DNA of 64,000 bases. Origin: Octopus sinensis. Lineage: Eukaryota. The first letter of the stretch is position 1, and every line of letters starts with the position of its first letter. This document shows, piece by piece, positions 36,244 through 49,399 of the stretch. The notes beneath the pieces are model-generated. The model saw only the letters and a program-made list of their open reading frames with translations, was not told the origin of the DNA and searched no databases. The translations under genes and the position numbers were made by a program. The stretch lies in the NCBI RefSeq assembly GCF_006345805.1, contig NW_021833262.1:1-64000 (forward strand). Direction: 5' to 3'.

Positions 36244-38162
36244 CAGTTTACCCTCTATTGCTCGCCAATTCTATTGCTCGCCATTTCTATAACTCGCCAC
36301 TTTTTTGGAAAAAATGCCATTTTTACTAAGGAAATTCCATTGCTCGCCAAATTCTCTCACTCGCCACGTTCTAGTATTAAAAAATTAAAATTTATTATTA
36401 AAAAAATAATTTTTTCAAATATTTATACCGCGTGTTTTTTTTGTAACATGAGGAAGTGCTCAAGATTATCTTATGATCAAAAAAGAGAAATTATAAATTA
36501 TCTTATTGATAATTCTTCTCTAAGTCTAAGGCACGCCTTAGAGAAATTTTTTCGTCGCGTTTCAAAAAATCAATTTCGAGACATGCAATTAACGATCTTA
36601 AATTGAACAAACAGAAGATTCTTGGAATTAATCCAATTTATGGGAGAAGTTCTCGTTTTTCGAAACTTAGATATTCAGCAATTGATTCTGAAATCATTGC
36701 CTGGATAGATTACATGGAATCTATTGGAGTTTGCCTCAATGATGAGATAATTTTGTCGAAAGCAACTGAAATTGCTGCGTTAAACGGTCTCTTCGAATTT
36801 AAAGCCAGTATAGGATGGCTTGAAAAGTTCAAAAAAGGCACAATGTAAAACTAAGAATTTTTCATGGTGAATTGGGATATACTGTGGATGAGTTCAAAGA
36901 CCAAATCGAAGACTTTAAAAAAATTATCTCTTCTAAAATAAATGAATATGGTTCAGAAAATGTTTATAATGCCGACGAAACCGGCGTATTTTACAAGACC
37001 ATTCCATCAAAAAGTGTCTGCAGGAAACGCCGATCAGGACAAAAATTACTTAAAGATAGGTTTAACATTTTTAGCCAATTTTCAGATTTTCATTAATGCT
37101 TTGCGCAAATATGACTGGATCCGATAAAAGAACCCCTTTGATGATCGGGCAGTTTAAGAAACCAAGGTGTTTTAAAAACTTGAACGTTGATGAATATTTA
37201 CAATACCGGAATTCTTCAAAGGCTTGGATGAACATGGAAATATTTAACGAATGGTTGTATAATTGGAACAAGACTCTCAAACAAAAACAAAAAAAGATAC
37301 TTTTGGTTGTAGACCATTGTCCTTCGCATAGAACAACAATCGAATTAAGTATGATAGAAGTTTTATATTTACCAAAAAACACGACTACTGTGGATCAAGG
37401 AATCATTTGATCATTCAAATCTCATTTCAACAAATTTAAATTTAAACATATAATTGAACAAATAAACTACGGTGACGCAACTATTGAATGCTATAAAAAA
37501 TTAACCCTGAAAGATGCAGTCTTATTTTCTTATCTAGCCTGGAAAGATGTGTCAGTGGATACAATATCAAAATGTTTTCAGCACGCCAAATGGGAAAACA
37601 GAATTGAAGAACCTATTATGGGAGACCATAAAATAAAAAATTTCGAACAAATTATAGAAAAATTAATGATCACAGATCCCATAAAAGAGGAGGAGTTTAT
37701 AGACTTTACGTACTCTGAAAATGACGAACTTCATGAATTTGTTCAAAACAATAACTATGAAAATAACGATGAAAATGCAATTTTAGACAGTTCAATTACT
37801 GAAGATTGTGAAAGAAACAACTGTATTACACATCGAGATGCGATAAAATGTATTTCGGACCTCAAAAAATATTTTTCACATGACGATAATTTTGATGTGA
37901 ATATGCTAGAAAGTTTATTAAAAATGCAAAAAAATATAGAGAAAAGATCATACAAAAAAACTATAAATGATTACTTTACTTAAAATTTTGGTTTTTTAAA
38001 TAAATGTTTCGGCTATTTATTTAAATGTTTAGATAGTTAAAAATTATAGAAATTTTTTGTTAATAGAAAATAGGATATTGATTATTTCTCTTACTCGCCA
38101 AATTCTCTTAGTCGCCAATTTTGGCTTGGTCCCAAAAATGGCGAGCAATAGAGGGAAGACTG
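36244..38162 (+). mobile_element. pogo/Tigger-like DNA transposon with decayed DDD transposase
   Basis: 24-bp TIRs CAGT(TTA/CTT)CCCTCTATTGCTCGCCA and TA TSD. HTH-CENPB GWLEKF, NADETG, KKPRCF, WMN and LVVDH motifs. 26-nt intron at 37060-37085; frameshifts. Confidence 0.93.
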
Positions 38163-38574
38163 TATTTGTACGGCTTCAGAGACATCATCCCAAAGCATTT
38201 TTTGTACAACTATTGCAAATTATCATAAATGCGTTAATCTGCGTTTCACACTCCAGAGTCTCGAGAGACAGTCGGTATGTAAAATTGATTCTTTGATAAA
38301 AACACATGCGAAAACACTTTAATTATGGTTTCTGGTGAATGATTATGAACAAAGAGGAAAATTATACGAAATGCAAAAAATTTTTAAAAATTAACAAACT
38401 AATCATTCCCAAAAATCACCGATTACATGATTAAAATCTCTATATAATTTTTGTAATTATACTTTAATATTCTTTATTGTTATATTGATTCCTTTTTCTA
38501 TTTTTTTGTTTTAAGTGAAGTCTTTAATATATTGAGTTTTTTTTCTCGACTTTCAAAGATATAAATTATATAAA

Positions 38575-38835
38575 TCTGAGTGCTTCCGGATTTAGCGTGG
38601 CGTTATGGGGTCCACCATGTCAGTTGGAAAATTCCATTTGGATATGGCAACGCTCAGGAGGCACTTAATGCCTACCGAAAAAGGACTTCTAGATCTCTGG
38701 CCCTGGGACATCGTCGTCTCTGTCCAATTATTGTGAGCAGGATTGAACCTTTCAGAAGGATCTCCCTCTCTTGATTCGGGGGATCACGGGGGATTATAAT
38801 TAACTGGCTTACCCTGGTCCTTTGGTCAATAAAAT
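38575..38835 (+). mobile_element. LINE 3' end, same family as 1-193
   Basis: ATATGGCAACGCTCAGGAGGCACTTAATGCC and GGATTGAACCTTTCAGAAGGATCTCCCTC are shared with positions 1-130. Confidence 0.75.
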
Positions 38836-38861
38836 GTGTTAAATGTGTGTTCACTATAGAC

Positions 38862-38912
38862 CAGACATCACCAAACTACGTTCTGCGAGTGCAAAAAGTT
38901 TGGTGACCCCTG
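38862..38912. mobile_element. 51-bp hAT micro-MITE
   Basis: 16-bp TIRs with 13/16 match (CAGACATCACCAAACT / AGTTTGGTGACCCCTG). Perfect 8-bp TSD CTATAGAC at 38854-38861 and 38913-38920. Confidence 0.85.
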
Positions 38913-39329
38913 CTATAGACAATAGTGAACATGATGTTTTAACGTGGACATTTTGTTCACTATAGAGTGGGTTGACTGTAGTTAAATCCGAAGTCACAAA
39001 ATCGCGAGGAAGGTAGAATCGGAGAAGATAAAAAAGGTCGAAAATGGGTACGAATTTGTTATAAAATTCGTGGTCGATGAAAATTGTTTCGTTAAAAACG
39101 CTAAAGACGGTAATTTAAATAATATATAGCGAATAAACCCTTAATAGAGATAATGAATGAAATGGACATGGCAAAAGACTTACCTTCTAAAAGAAGAAGA
39201 GAAATTATAAAATTTCTGGATTAATATATTTCATTGGATAGTGCGGCCCCGAGAGTCTTTTTTGCGGACGATTTCCAAACTTTTAAATAAATTTTGAATA
39301 TCAAATTAATATATTTTAACTACACGTGT

Positions 39330-39520
39330 TTGTAGATATATTTTAGGCCAACAAAGAAATATCGAACATTGTCTCAAGAAAATAGAGAATATCAAATAGA
39401 ATGGGAAGAAAAGTTTTTTTCGTTTCGTTGAAAGTATGGTAAAGGAGCAGCTTTATCATTAATTTATTGAAAAATTTTACTATTGAATGTCATTATAAGA
39501 AGCACTCAGATTCATATAAT
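39330..39520 (+). mobile_element. Relic of a SPIN/GTF2IRD2-like hAT transposase N-terminus
   Basis: ENREYQIEWEEKFF resembles the R.FQ..W...YF motif. Otherwise very decayed. Confidence 0.35.
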
Positions 39521-39615
39521 TTATATCTTTGAAAGTCGAGAAAAAAAAACTCAATATATTAAAGACGTCACTTAAAAATCAGTCCTTAATATTTAAAAAT
39601 AAGCATAAGTTAATA

Positions 39616-39655
39616 TGTCACGAGCCTAGGTTGTTACTGAGCCTAGGTCGTGACA
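39616..39655. repeat. 40-bp TGT...ACA hairpin
   Basis: TGTCACGA(G)CCTAGG-loop-CCTAGGTCGTGACA. Confidence 0.8.
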
Positions 39656-39814
39656 TTTCGCTTATTTTTCTATAAAGATTAAAAATTAATTTATCGCTAA
39701 TCCTAATAAAATTATTCTTAATATTTAAAATTATTCTATTTAATATTAAAACAAAAATATCCGGATAACCATACATCTGTAATTGTAATATATATATAAA
39801 CGCGTGTTTCTTCT

Positions 39815-41153
39815 GTGTTACTTATGTCGCGTTCCTTTGTAAGAGATATGGATGAGTATCGATTGCTGGAAAAAGTTTTAAATGGACAAAATATCGAAAA
39901 TCAATCAAGACAAAAAGTTTACTGCCTTAAAAAGAAAGCTGAAAAGTTCATGTTAATCAATGGAAGAATATACCTAAAACAGCCGTGTGGAAATCACAAA
40001 TTAGTGATTTCGACGGACAACGTTGACGAGATGAAATTGGTGGCTAGCCAAATTCGTTTCGCATTGTGGACATAACACTCTCGAGAACATGTGCCATGAA
40101 AGATATTTCACTGTAAAACGACAAATAATCCGAAAAATTGTTGCCGATTGTGAAATTTGCAAATTTTCAACTCCCTTGAAACTAGGGGATGAAGAAAATC
40201 ACGTGATTGCCAATCGTCCCAATGAAAAATTCCAGATGGATTTAATTGATCTGAAGAGGTATCAATTTTTTGTATTATATATTAAAGATTTAAACAAACA
40301 AATGAAACTTTCGCATGGCTTTTAACGGTTATTGACGTCTACTCGAAGTTTGCATTCACTCGAAACATAAAAGCGGAATTGACGTTGCTGAAAATCTCAA
40401 AAAAATTTTTCTACGTTTTGGACCGTGTCAATATTTGCAATCGGATAATGGAACTGAATTCAAAAATCCACATGTGACTGCCTTGTGTGAATGTTTCAAC
40501 ATTCAACAGATACACAGTAGGCCAAACAATCCGAGAAGTCAAGGCATCATCGAGCGTTTTAACCAAACGGTTACGAGGTCGCTATCTAAAATGATGGCTA
40601 ATGATGAAGATAAGTGTTGGACGAAGTATATAGATGAAGCTGTTTATTTTTATAATTTAAGTAAACATTCTTCTACTGGTTTTCTTAAAATTATTCATTT
40701 TTAGGAGATTCCCCATTTCATAGATATCGTGGGATTAGAGGATCGAACAACTTCATTCCCGAAAAAGACACTGAGATGAAGAGTGACAATTCAGATGGTT
40801 AGTTAAAATTCGCAATATATAGAATAGATTCAAAAAACATAGAATTTTCTTTCAATTTTCCGCCCACCGATGTTACTTCTCCATATTTCCAAAAAATGAA
40901 CAGGAGAATGGGTGTTCATCGGTCAAAATATTCATTTAAAATTGGAGATAAGGTAAACTCAAATTATTCTAAATTGTAGATAAGAATTCAAAAGGACTAT
41001 GGTACCAATCCTTCACTTGCACTCAAAAAATTTGAAAGTCCATACGGAGAAGTTTGTACAATAAGTGAAATCCTCCCGCATAATATGGTCAGAGTTGAAA
41101 TGGACGATGGAACTACTAAGAAGACACTTATGAAAAGAATTAAAAAAATTTAA
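39815..41153 (+). pseudogene. Ginger-like DDE integrase with four micro-introns and two frameshifts
   Basis: HHCC zinc region, QMDLID, QSDNGTEF, QGIIERFN and FKIGDK C-terminus. Introns at 40259-40287, 40679-40704, 40798-40827 and 40953-40979. No RT, RNase H or LTR nearby. Termini not resolved. Confidence 0.88.
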
Positions 41154-41659
41154 ATAACATAAATTGTCTTAATTGTTTTGTTAATAAAAAAAATTCAAAA
41201 CCTAATTAGCAGAGAAACATGTAGATCTATTAAATGTAGATCTAAATTCTCATTTATCCTTGTTAAATTGTGAATTACAGGAATTACAGAAATATAAATT
41301 TCCCCATTAAATTTGTGGATCTATTGCTTCTTTTGTAGCAAAATTAAAACTTTGGAGAGATCAAATAATGTTCAAAGATACGATTCATTTTAATTATCTG
41401 AGCAAAAATAAAGTCAACGATTCATTTTAAAAATATACTAAGATTATCAGTCCCTTATTGTTAAACTTAAAAAACGTTCAAAATTTATTCATTTTAAGAA
41501 TTTTGATGAAATTTTGCAATTAATGAAAATGTTTCCAGCGCCATTCAAAATAGATCCTAAGAATGCTCCCTCATTAGTCCAAATAGAATTGATCTCGTTT
41601 GTTAGATAAAATAGATAATAAAATTTCTAAATGTTTATTTATTGTCACTGCTATAAAAA

Positions 41660-41932
41660 ACTAAACTCCAACTCGTCGTTCTTTACTCCAATTGCCGTGG
41701 AGTCCTCCGGGATCTTCGGCCCCAAGACACTCCGCTTCCTTCGCTCGCTCGGTCGACGGATTTCAAAGACTAGCCACGATCCAAGAGAGTATTCTTGGCT
41801 CCTGGAACGTCTGTCGATCGCTGTGATCCGAGGGAACGGCTTCGCCATTCGCGAGGCTGGCCGGGTGTCTCGTGAGGCCTTTAATTAGCTTAGCTATCTT
41901 TTTACTTTTAAATGATTTTTAGTCGAAAAAAA
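41660..41932 (+). mobile_element. 5'-truncated CRE-clade retrotransposon end
   Basis: FTPIAVESSG..DPREYSWLLERLSIAVIRGN. Coding end near-identical to the inverted copy at 50297-50442, which also places the 3' A tract. Confidence 0.88.
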
Positions 41933-41968
41933 TTAAAAAACAAATAAAAATCAAGAAAACAAATATTA

Positions 41969-42040
41969 TGCCCAAGGTCGGAATTGAACCAACGACCTTT
42001 AGATCTTCAGTCTAACGCTCTCCCACTGAGCTACTTGGGC
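41969..42040 (-). tRNA. tRNA-Phe(GAA)
   Basis: 72-nt cloverleaf with acceptor stem GCCCAAG/CTTGGGC and anticodon loop CTGAAGA. T-rich terminator downstream. Confidence 0.96.
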
Positions 42041-42379
42041 TTTTTATCTCTATAATCTACCAATATAGAATAGACTTAAAATCTTTTAAAGATGTTTTCT
42101 TTTAATAAATCTGATTTGATAGTTCATCACATTCATTTGATATTGTTAAGAAGCAGAATTTCAATATAATTAGATTATAGGAGGCATCTACTTCTCACCA
42201 AAAAGCACTTCTAAAACTCTGACCCGGTGACATTTTCTTCCTAGGCCGATCACCGTGGGCAGGATCGAATTTTTTTAAAAGGATCTCTGTCGCTTACAAA
42301 GTGAATCGGAGATACGCGGATTATAATTAACTCGTTTATCCTGGTTTTTTTGTCAATAAATGTTTTAATTAAATACGGA

Positions 42380-43740
42380 TAACAAACTGAACAAAGGGAA
42401 TCTTAGCTGCAAAAGAACAAATATCGAGAAGATGATCTGAATAGTACAAGGACGTTAACACAGACAATATCCAGTCGTTAAATACGAAAATGGACACGAA
42501 TAGCAGATTCTGCAGAAGCAGCCGAATTAGTTGCCGACCACTTTTAGAAACTTTGTAAATCAGAAAGCAACGGAATTACAGCATTTACTGGCCATCTCAA
42601 AAAATTGGAGTTGGGAAACTTAAAAATAATAAAACTCCAGGACCAGATTGGCTAGAACCAGAACTACTTAAGTATGGAAGTGAAAACATACAAGTACTCA
42701 TTGCGAACCACAGTTTAAAAAAAACAACCATATGCCCCTAGAAGGAGGGATACTAGTCCCTGTCCAATTTCAGGGCAGTAATTTTTATGAATAGCATGCG
42801 GAAAGTGCTAGCAATTATTACTCTACAAAGAATAAAGCTTCATACAAAACCATTTATATCCGCTTTTCATAGCGGGTTTCGTGAAGGAAGCTTAACTTTT
42901 GACATTGTTTTGAGCTATAGATAACAATGTTCCATTATTCAAGCGTTCAAAAATGCAAAAAAAACATTTACGTAATTAATATGTCAAGAGCTTTTAACTC
43001 GATCAATTATCAGCAATTGATGGATGTTCTGAAAAATCTTCACCCGGATGATCAGGGCACTCTTATCGAAAATCTATCGGTCAGGCTACGAAACATATGC
43101 TCTAAGCCATTTGAAACAACATCGGGAACATTTCAATGGATCCGTTATTTCCTATGCTGTTTGTCATATATCTAGAAGCTGCATTGAGAGAATTAAAACC
43201 ATAGTTTTAAAAAAAGACCAATCTGACAACATACGAAAATAATGTGGACTTTATTTCGGAAAACTATCTTCCTCTATAATCCCGGAACATGGAAACTTTC
43301 AAATACGGAAAATCTCAATATAGACTCGTTCCATAGATACCAACTTCGGCGTACTCTAGCCTCCAAATGGCATTCAAGGCTCAGCAGTAAAACAGTTTAT
43401 GCCAGGACGTCAAGCAAACCAATCTCTCTCGAAATTACAGAATGCGAATGGGGGTTATTTAGACACATCCTATGGATGGAGTTGGAGAAACCTTCAAACA
43501 CCGCTTTGGCGGACTATTTCAAAGCGCACGGCCCACTCTTCCGTAGATGTCCAAAAAATACTCTCCTGGATATATTGGACAGAGACCTCTAGAAGGTGGG
43601 AAAAAATCTAAAAGACGGGGACGATCTTGACGCTTTACGATACGTCGTCCAAAATAGAGGGGCATGAAATAACATCGCGAATATGCATAATAAGAAAAAA
43701 GACTGAGACTTAAAAGATGACTACTAAAATGACACATTTA
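42380..43740 (+). mobile_element. Decayed RTE-type LINE (RT to 3' end)
   Basis: PGPDWLEPELLKYGSE, MSRAFNSI and IDSFHRYQLRR..LFRHILWM..LDRDL motifs with many lesions. Confidence 0.8.
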
Positions 43741-44444
43741 CACCTTTCTATGGATAAATGGCTTAATAAATCAAAATTATTTTATTCACTTTTTGAACAT
43801 GTAACATTATACTATGATTGTTAAATGCAACATTTATTTTTTAGAAGTAAGCTTTTATTCTATTTAAAGTTAAACAATATAATTTATCCTGACCTTTACA
43901 CTGCTGATCTTCTTTATTCAAATTTTTTATTACGTTTTTCCTGATAAAAATTAAAATTCATCAAAAGATCGATTCCAATAATGTGAATTTCCTTTTTGTA
44001 GTTTGGATTATTTGCGCATGCCCATCGATGGGGTCAAACTATGTCTGCTGTAGATCTGTCACTCATGAAACAATTTTGATTACAAATAAATATTCTTGAA
44101 TATTTGTTTTAAAAGATATTTTACATTATTTTCCTTAGCGAACTTAGTATTCGATATAACCAAGTTTTGTTATATACTAGTACCTAAATTATAAAAATGA
44201 CGACTGGGATTTCAAGAAGATTTAAAAATTCGTGATGCCCAATATATACTTAGAGATTTAAGAATGCTATTTTTAATGAATCTTCTATAGTTAACTCAAT
44301 TTCCTGAACTCTATTCAATGGGCAACATAAAACATTATTTTATATTAAATAAATGAAAATTTGAGTTTTATAGAAAAAGCCGTTAATAGTAATATATAGA
44401 ATTATTCGTAGGAATAGAGAAAGCTCAACGAGAAACTACCAAGA

Positions 44445-47029
44445 TTAATATAAAATAAAACGGTCTGGTTTTGGAAGATTTTCAGGTCCCCAAATTATCA
44501 CTTTCTCGTCATCCGAACAACTAACCAACATTCTCGGATTTACAGGATTCCAATGAACAGAATTCACCATTTTAGTGTGACCAATCAAAGAAAAAATCTT
44601 TTTACTTTTCCCAAAATTCCAAATATATACATTTCCATCTTAACCTAAAAAATCAGATATTACCCTCAGCTCCGGAAGCATAAAAAGACTGTCCAAAACC
44701 CCCAACACACGACCTAACAATATATTCAGAATTAGTCGTCCCAATGAAAGTGTGTATTTTAGAACGTGCTCTATAATCCCAGAGATTAATAGTCTAGTTA
44801 TTCAATATATTTCATTTTGAACTGAATTATGAAGCGTGAGGGCAATGTACTCTTCTTTCGAATCAAGTTCCATGGCCACAATGCTTCTCTCCTCCTGGAA
44901 GAGAGTGTCAAAACTCATGTTGATCAGATTACACGATACGACTCGTCGATGAGAGTCGGCAATAAGAGCCATCCCCGTCTTCGTACAGTGCAATCCCACA
45001 GCTCTATATCCCTGATGTGTAAACACAATTTCTCCACTTATTTTCTACAAAATAATCATTCTAATATAATCTTACAGCCAGATGTAGACATCCTCCATTC
45101 CCTCCAACAAAAAACTGTTCCGGATTAATAGTATCCCACGAAATGTACTGTACCGAAGAATTTAACGTTATCCGTCTAAACGTAGAGTCCTGAAATAGAG
45201 CAAAAATATCAACCCGGGTATCCACAAGTATGACGTAGTTTCCAGGTGGAGCGATGGAGGTCAGTATATAGTTCCCAGTGCAGTGCCAGGCCAAAGAAAA
45301 TATCGGAGCATCATTATTAGAAGAACATTCAATTAAAATCTTCCGAGTCATCTGAAAGGTACTATTCTATTACGTAATAACACACTGACAAACATTTATT
45401 CCAAAAATAACCAGATTTGAATCCTTTGTTCCTACTGCCAAATTACATCCATCGTTGGAAAATTTAACACAGAGAACCTCGTCGGAAAAATCTAAAACCT
45501 TGATTTTGTTAACTGGAAGAGATTCTCTGACAAGTCACGTGGTCATAAAAAATACTTTGAACAAGCGTGATCAGAAAAGAGACCGAAATATTCCACATTA
45601 TCGGTTTTTAATTCTTTGTTGTGGTAAATACAACGTCGAGTCTGCATTTCATGTGCTTGTTGTATCAGCTGTCTTAATCTGAACGGAGGCACGATAACAT
45701 CAGAAGGAAGAACGTCTATTTAAAAAATAAATTACAGAATTACTGTTTATTTCGAAAACAAGTTTTTCCCTCATTTTGCCCGTTCTGATTGGATCCTTCT
45801 CGTTTATTCCGACGGAAACTAGAAGTCTGAATAATAACGTAAATCTAACTTCGAAATTTCAAGCAAGTCGACCGAAGAGCATGTGGTAAGGTCCTGGCGA
45901 ATACAAAAAAATGCATCAGCAAATTTTTGATTTTCAACAAGTTCGTAAAATTTCCTTTTGAAAATTAAATATTGTATCTTCTACTCTAAATACAGAACAG
46001 TATTACGTAACCTCAATAGTTACAGAATCCACAATTTTGCTTAGGAGTTGAATATTTTTATAAGCCTACGGAAATTGTATTTATATGATTACGTCATCCC
46101 ACTGAGCTTCGATTATGCAATTTTCAATGTCAGTGACTACTGGGTGTTCGAGCACAATGCCTGTTTCATTCTCTATTTCTGACAAAGTGGATCTAAGATT
46201 AGTGAATTAAAAATGACCTTAGGCCTAAATATTTTAATTCTTGGGCAATTAATCTTAGCTTTTCTTTTTGGTGTGGCGAGAATGGCTTTTTTGGGGTTTT
46301 GTGTTCTTCCGGTTGCGGTGTAGAAGGTTCGGTCAGAGGGCTAACGGACTCCATTATTTTTCTACGCTTTGCTGCAGAAGAGACGGGAGTATCCAGCGTA
46401 TTAATAACAGCAACAAATGATGTATTATTTTATTTGAATTTTAATTGATTACAAAATAGTGAATATATAACATAAATTTTCTTTTTGACAAAAATTGAGA
46501 TATTTTGGATCCGAGACGACCTTCGACCGGCGAACAAACAGAGATTATATCTCCCCCGTAACAATTTTGGAAGAGGATTGAGCTCAATTTCTCTTCTAAG
46601 TGAACGCATGCTTTTTTGATTGCTTACGGACTTAAAAAACCGAAATGGTGTCTGCAAAAGAAGCTTTTTGCTTTTTCAGGCCGAAGTGCTGGAAATAACT
46701 CATCTGATCACTATTGAAGAATACTTTAAGCATAATATCCACTTGAAGAATCAATTTTAACGAACAATGGGAAAACTGGGAAGAAACCAATTCATGATTA
46801 CATCTCATTTCGTACTATCAGGATGCTTAAAAATAACAAACTTCTCGATTCTCTTCCGTTACCAGTCCATTCTTCAGAGCAATCACTCGACAGGTACCTC
46901 CGTGTCCTGCTTGCACAACTTCGCTCGGGACAGTGAATATCAAAAACTCTAAAATATGCACATTCGCTTAAAATCTGTGAACGCACGCGTAAATTCAATC
47001 ACTCACTTAAAGAAGCCTCCTGAGGACAT
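44445..47029 (-). CDS. WDR26: WD repeat protein 26 (GID7, CTLH complex)
   Basis: ALIADSHRRV..QEERSIVAMEL and DGNVYIWN..GHTKMVNSVHWNP..SCSDDEKVIIWGP. 5' end uncertain. Confidence 0.78.
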
Positions 47030-48496
47030 GATTGTTTCTTATTGATACAGTTGAACCGTGGGAAAGAACCCTTGAACTGGACAAAAAAATAAACGAGATT
47101 TATCACCAAATAAGTGTGTTTTTCAACATCGCCAGTGCCTGTCAGTACCTCGAAGGAAAGAGGCGGGCTTGCCTACCTGAATCACTTTGCGAATAGAGGA
47201 TGTAGCGACCAGAAGGAGAAGTTTAATTAATATCTGAATTTTTAGTCATCTCAATTATTGAAAAAAATACATTTGATTATCAGTTGAAGTCAAATATATT
47301 TCAAACTAGCAACAATTACTTTTCAATACTGTCGTCTATATCTAGAAATGCCACGAGTCAAATAATCAATAGACGAATACTTAACTTAATATCAAAATAA
47401 ATTTACGCTTTGATATTGCAATTTGGGCGATCAAAAAAAAACTGACGTCACATAAAATATGGCGAAAAGACGCGTGAGTATTATAATCTATGAGCAACTA
47501 GAGGGTGCGAGTATTTTATGGCCGTTGCAGGAAAAAATAAGGTTCATCTGAAGTTTGAATTTATCAGTCTAATTTATTTTGGAAAAACTGATATTATAAT
47601 GCTCCACAAACAAGACTTTTTCGTAACATAGAACATAAACAATGAATATTGATCCAACGTTCTTCCAAACTGTATAAAACTATTTTTAATCATCTTTATT
47701 ATAGGTAATCTTTTTTACAACAAATAGAACTAAAATGTTGATCTAAAAAATTGTTGATTTGCTAAAAACATTTTTTATGTAATTTTATCAATAGTTTGGC
47801 TATATTTAAACAGCACGAGTTTTCAGTTTTCATTGATTGATCATCTTTTTTGTAACAATTTTTCATTAGGCAGCACCTGAATCTCTCCTCATTGTTTTTT
47901 AATTCGTCTATAAATATTATGGGTCAGGAATAAACAAACCGTTTTCCGAAAGAATTCGTCTTATTCTAATAAATTAATAATTTATCAAATTAACTTTTCA
48001 TGCATTTTTTCATCTGATTCAGAGTATTTTATTTGAAATAACGAAATTAAATGCATTTTCTATAAATATTTTTGCATAATATTTAATAAAGTTATATTAT
48101 AAATTGTATATTTAAACAGTTTTTTGATCCATTATCGTTTGGTGGATAGATTTACATAGAAACAAATAATTGTTAATGATTATAATTTATTTAAATATTC
48201 TATCATTTGTTTTAAAAAATTTCAATATTAACCAAATTGTCAAATTAAAAAAATTAATGATAATTGTTACAGTAAATAGAGAAACTAGGAAAAAACAATT
48301 CGAAGTGAAATAACTATAATTTGATTGAATAATATCCCTTCAACGTTATTTAAAAAATAAATATTTTTCCAAATTAATTTTCATTGGATTTTTTGATTCT
48401 CTTACTCATTTTAAAAATTTATTAAAGTCTTATTAAAATTGGTGATGTTGATTTTGCTAAGTTTGGTAAAATTCATTTAATCAGAAAATTGACAAT

Positions 48497-49113
48497 TTAC
48501 TTTATAAGCCGCTCAGTGAAACTGAAGATTGACTTTGCAGCCTTCTGTAGTAGGTTTGAGATTTTTTGCAGGTTTGTGGGGCCAGACATGGTCCCCAGGC
48601 AACACAAGCATAACCAATGGAGTGCTCGACATATTGTTTGTATATGTTGTTGAACTAGAGTTGTTGTATTCCCATGCATAGACCAAAAAAGAGTTGTCAG
48701 GCTTCAGAATTGGGTAATCTGTGACGTTTTCCATATGGTTGGCATTGTATTGTAGTCGATAGAATAGTTGTATGCTTTTGTCGGCGACATAATTGCCACA
48801 CGTCTAAGATGTTTCATTTGAATTATGAAGAATTTGTCAGGTAGGAGAGAATGAAACTTATTAGAAAAGTTAGAAAAAATAGTTTCAATTAATTTTTGTT
48901 TTCCAGCTTCCAGTAGATTCTACAGAGTTTGCCTTTGTGGTTTATAAAATTTGTTTTAACGATGAATACGTGGAATGTCCATATAAACTACAAAAAATGC
49001 AGAGAAAGATTACAGGGAGACATGCTTCAATTCTTGTTCATTATCTTTCTAAACTGCTTTATTAGAGTCCAATTGCCCTTACTGCCCAATTTAAACAAAT
49101 GTCGACCAAGCAT
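48497..49113 (-). pseudogene. Possible ABCA-transporter-like N-terminal fragment
   Basis: MLGRHLFKL..NWTLIKQFRK then, in a shifted frame, IEACLPVIFLCIFCSLY and an extracellular-looking segment. Weak similarity only. Confidence 0.3.
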
Positions 49114-49399
49114 GATGAGTCCGACGTTCCTCGGGAACTAAATTTCAGCAAAAAACTAGATCGGCGAAAATCAAGCGAAATATTTTTCAGAGTCTTTTTA
49201 AGAACAATTGAATGAATAGTCTTTCTTCATTAAAAACAAGAGTTTGTGAGAAATATACTATATTGAATTTAAATATTCAGTTCTCCACCTCTTTAGGCCT
49301 TTAATTTGGGAAAATTTGATACGCAAAATTTGGTGAGCCTGAGAAGTTTTAGAATAAGCATTAAAACATGGATTTTTTCAGTTCGCGACAAAATCCGCG

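Noticed and set aside
39815-41153. Gypsy LTR retrotransposon
   Set aside because: No gag, protease, RT, RNase H or LTRs nearby. It contains introns, and a relative has TIRs and a 5-bp TSD.
47490-47510. CTCF-like motif CAACTAGAGGGTGC
   Set aside because: A single short imperfect match is expected by chance or from transposon debris.
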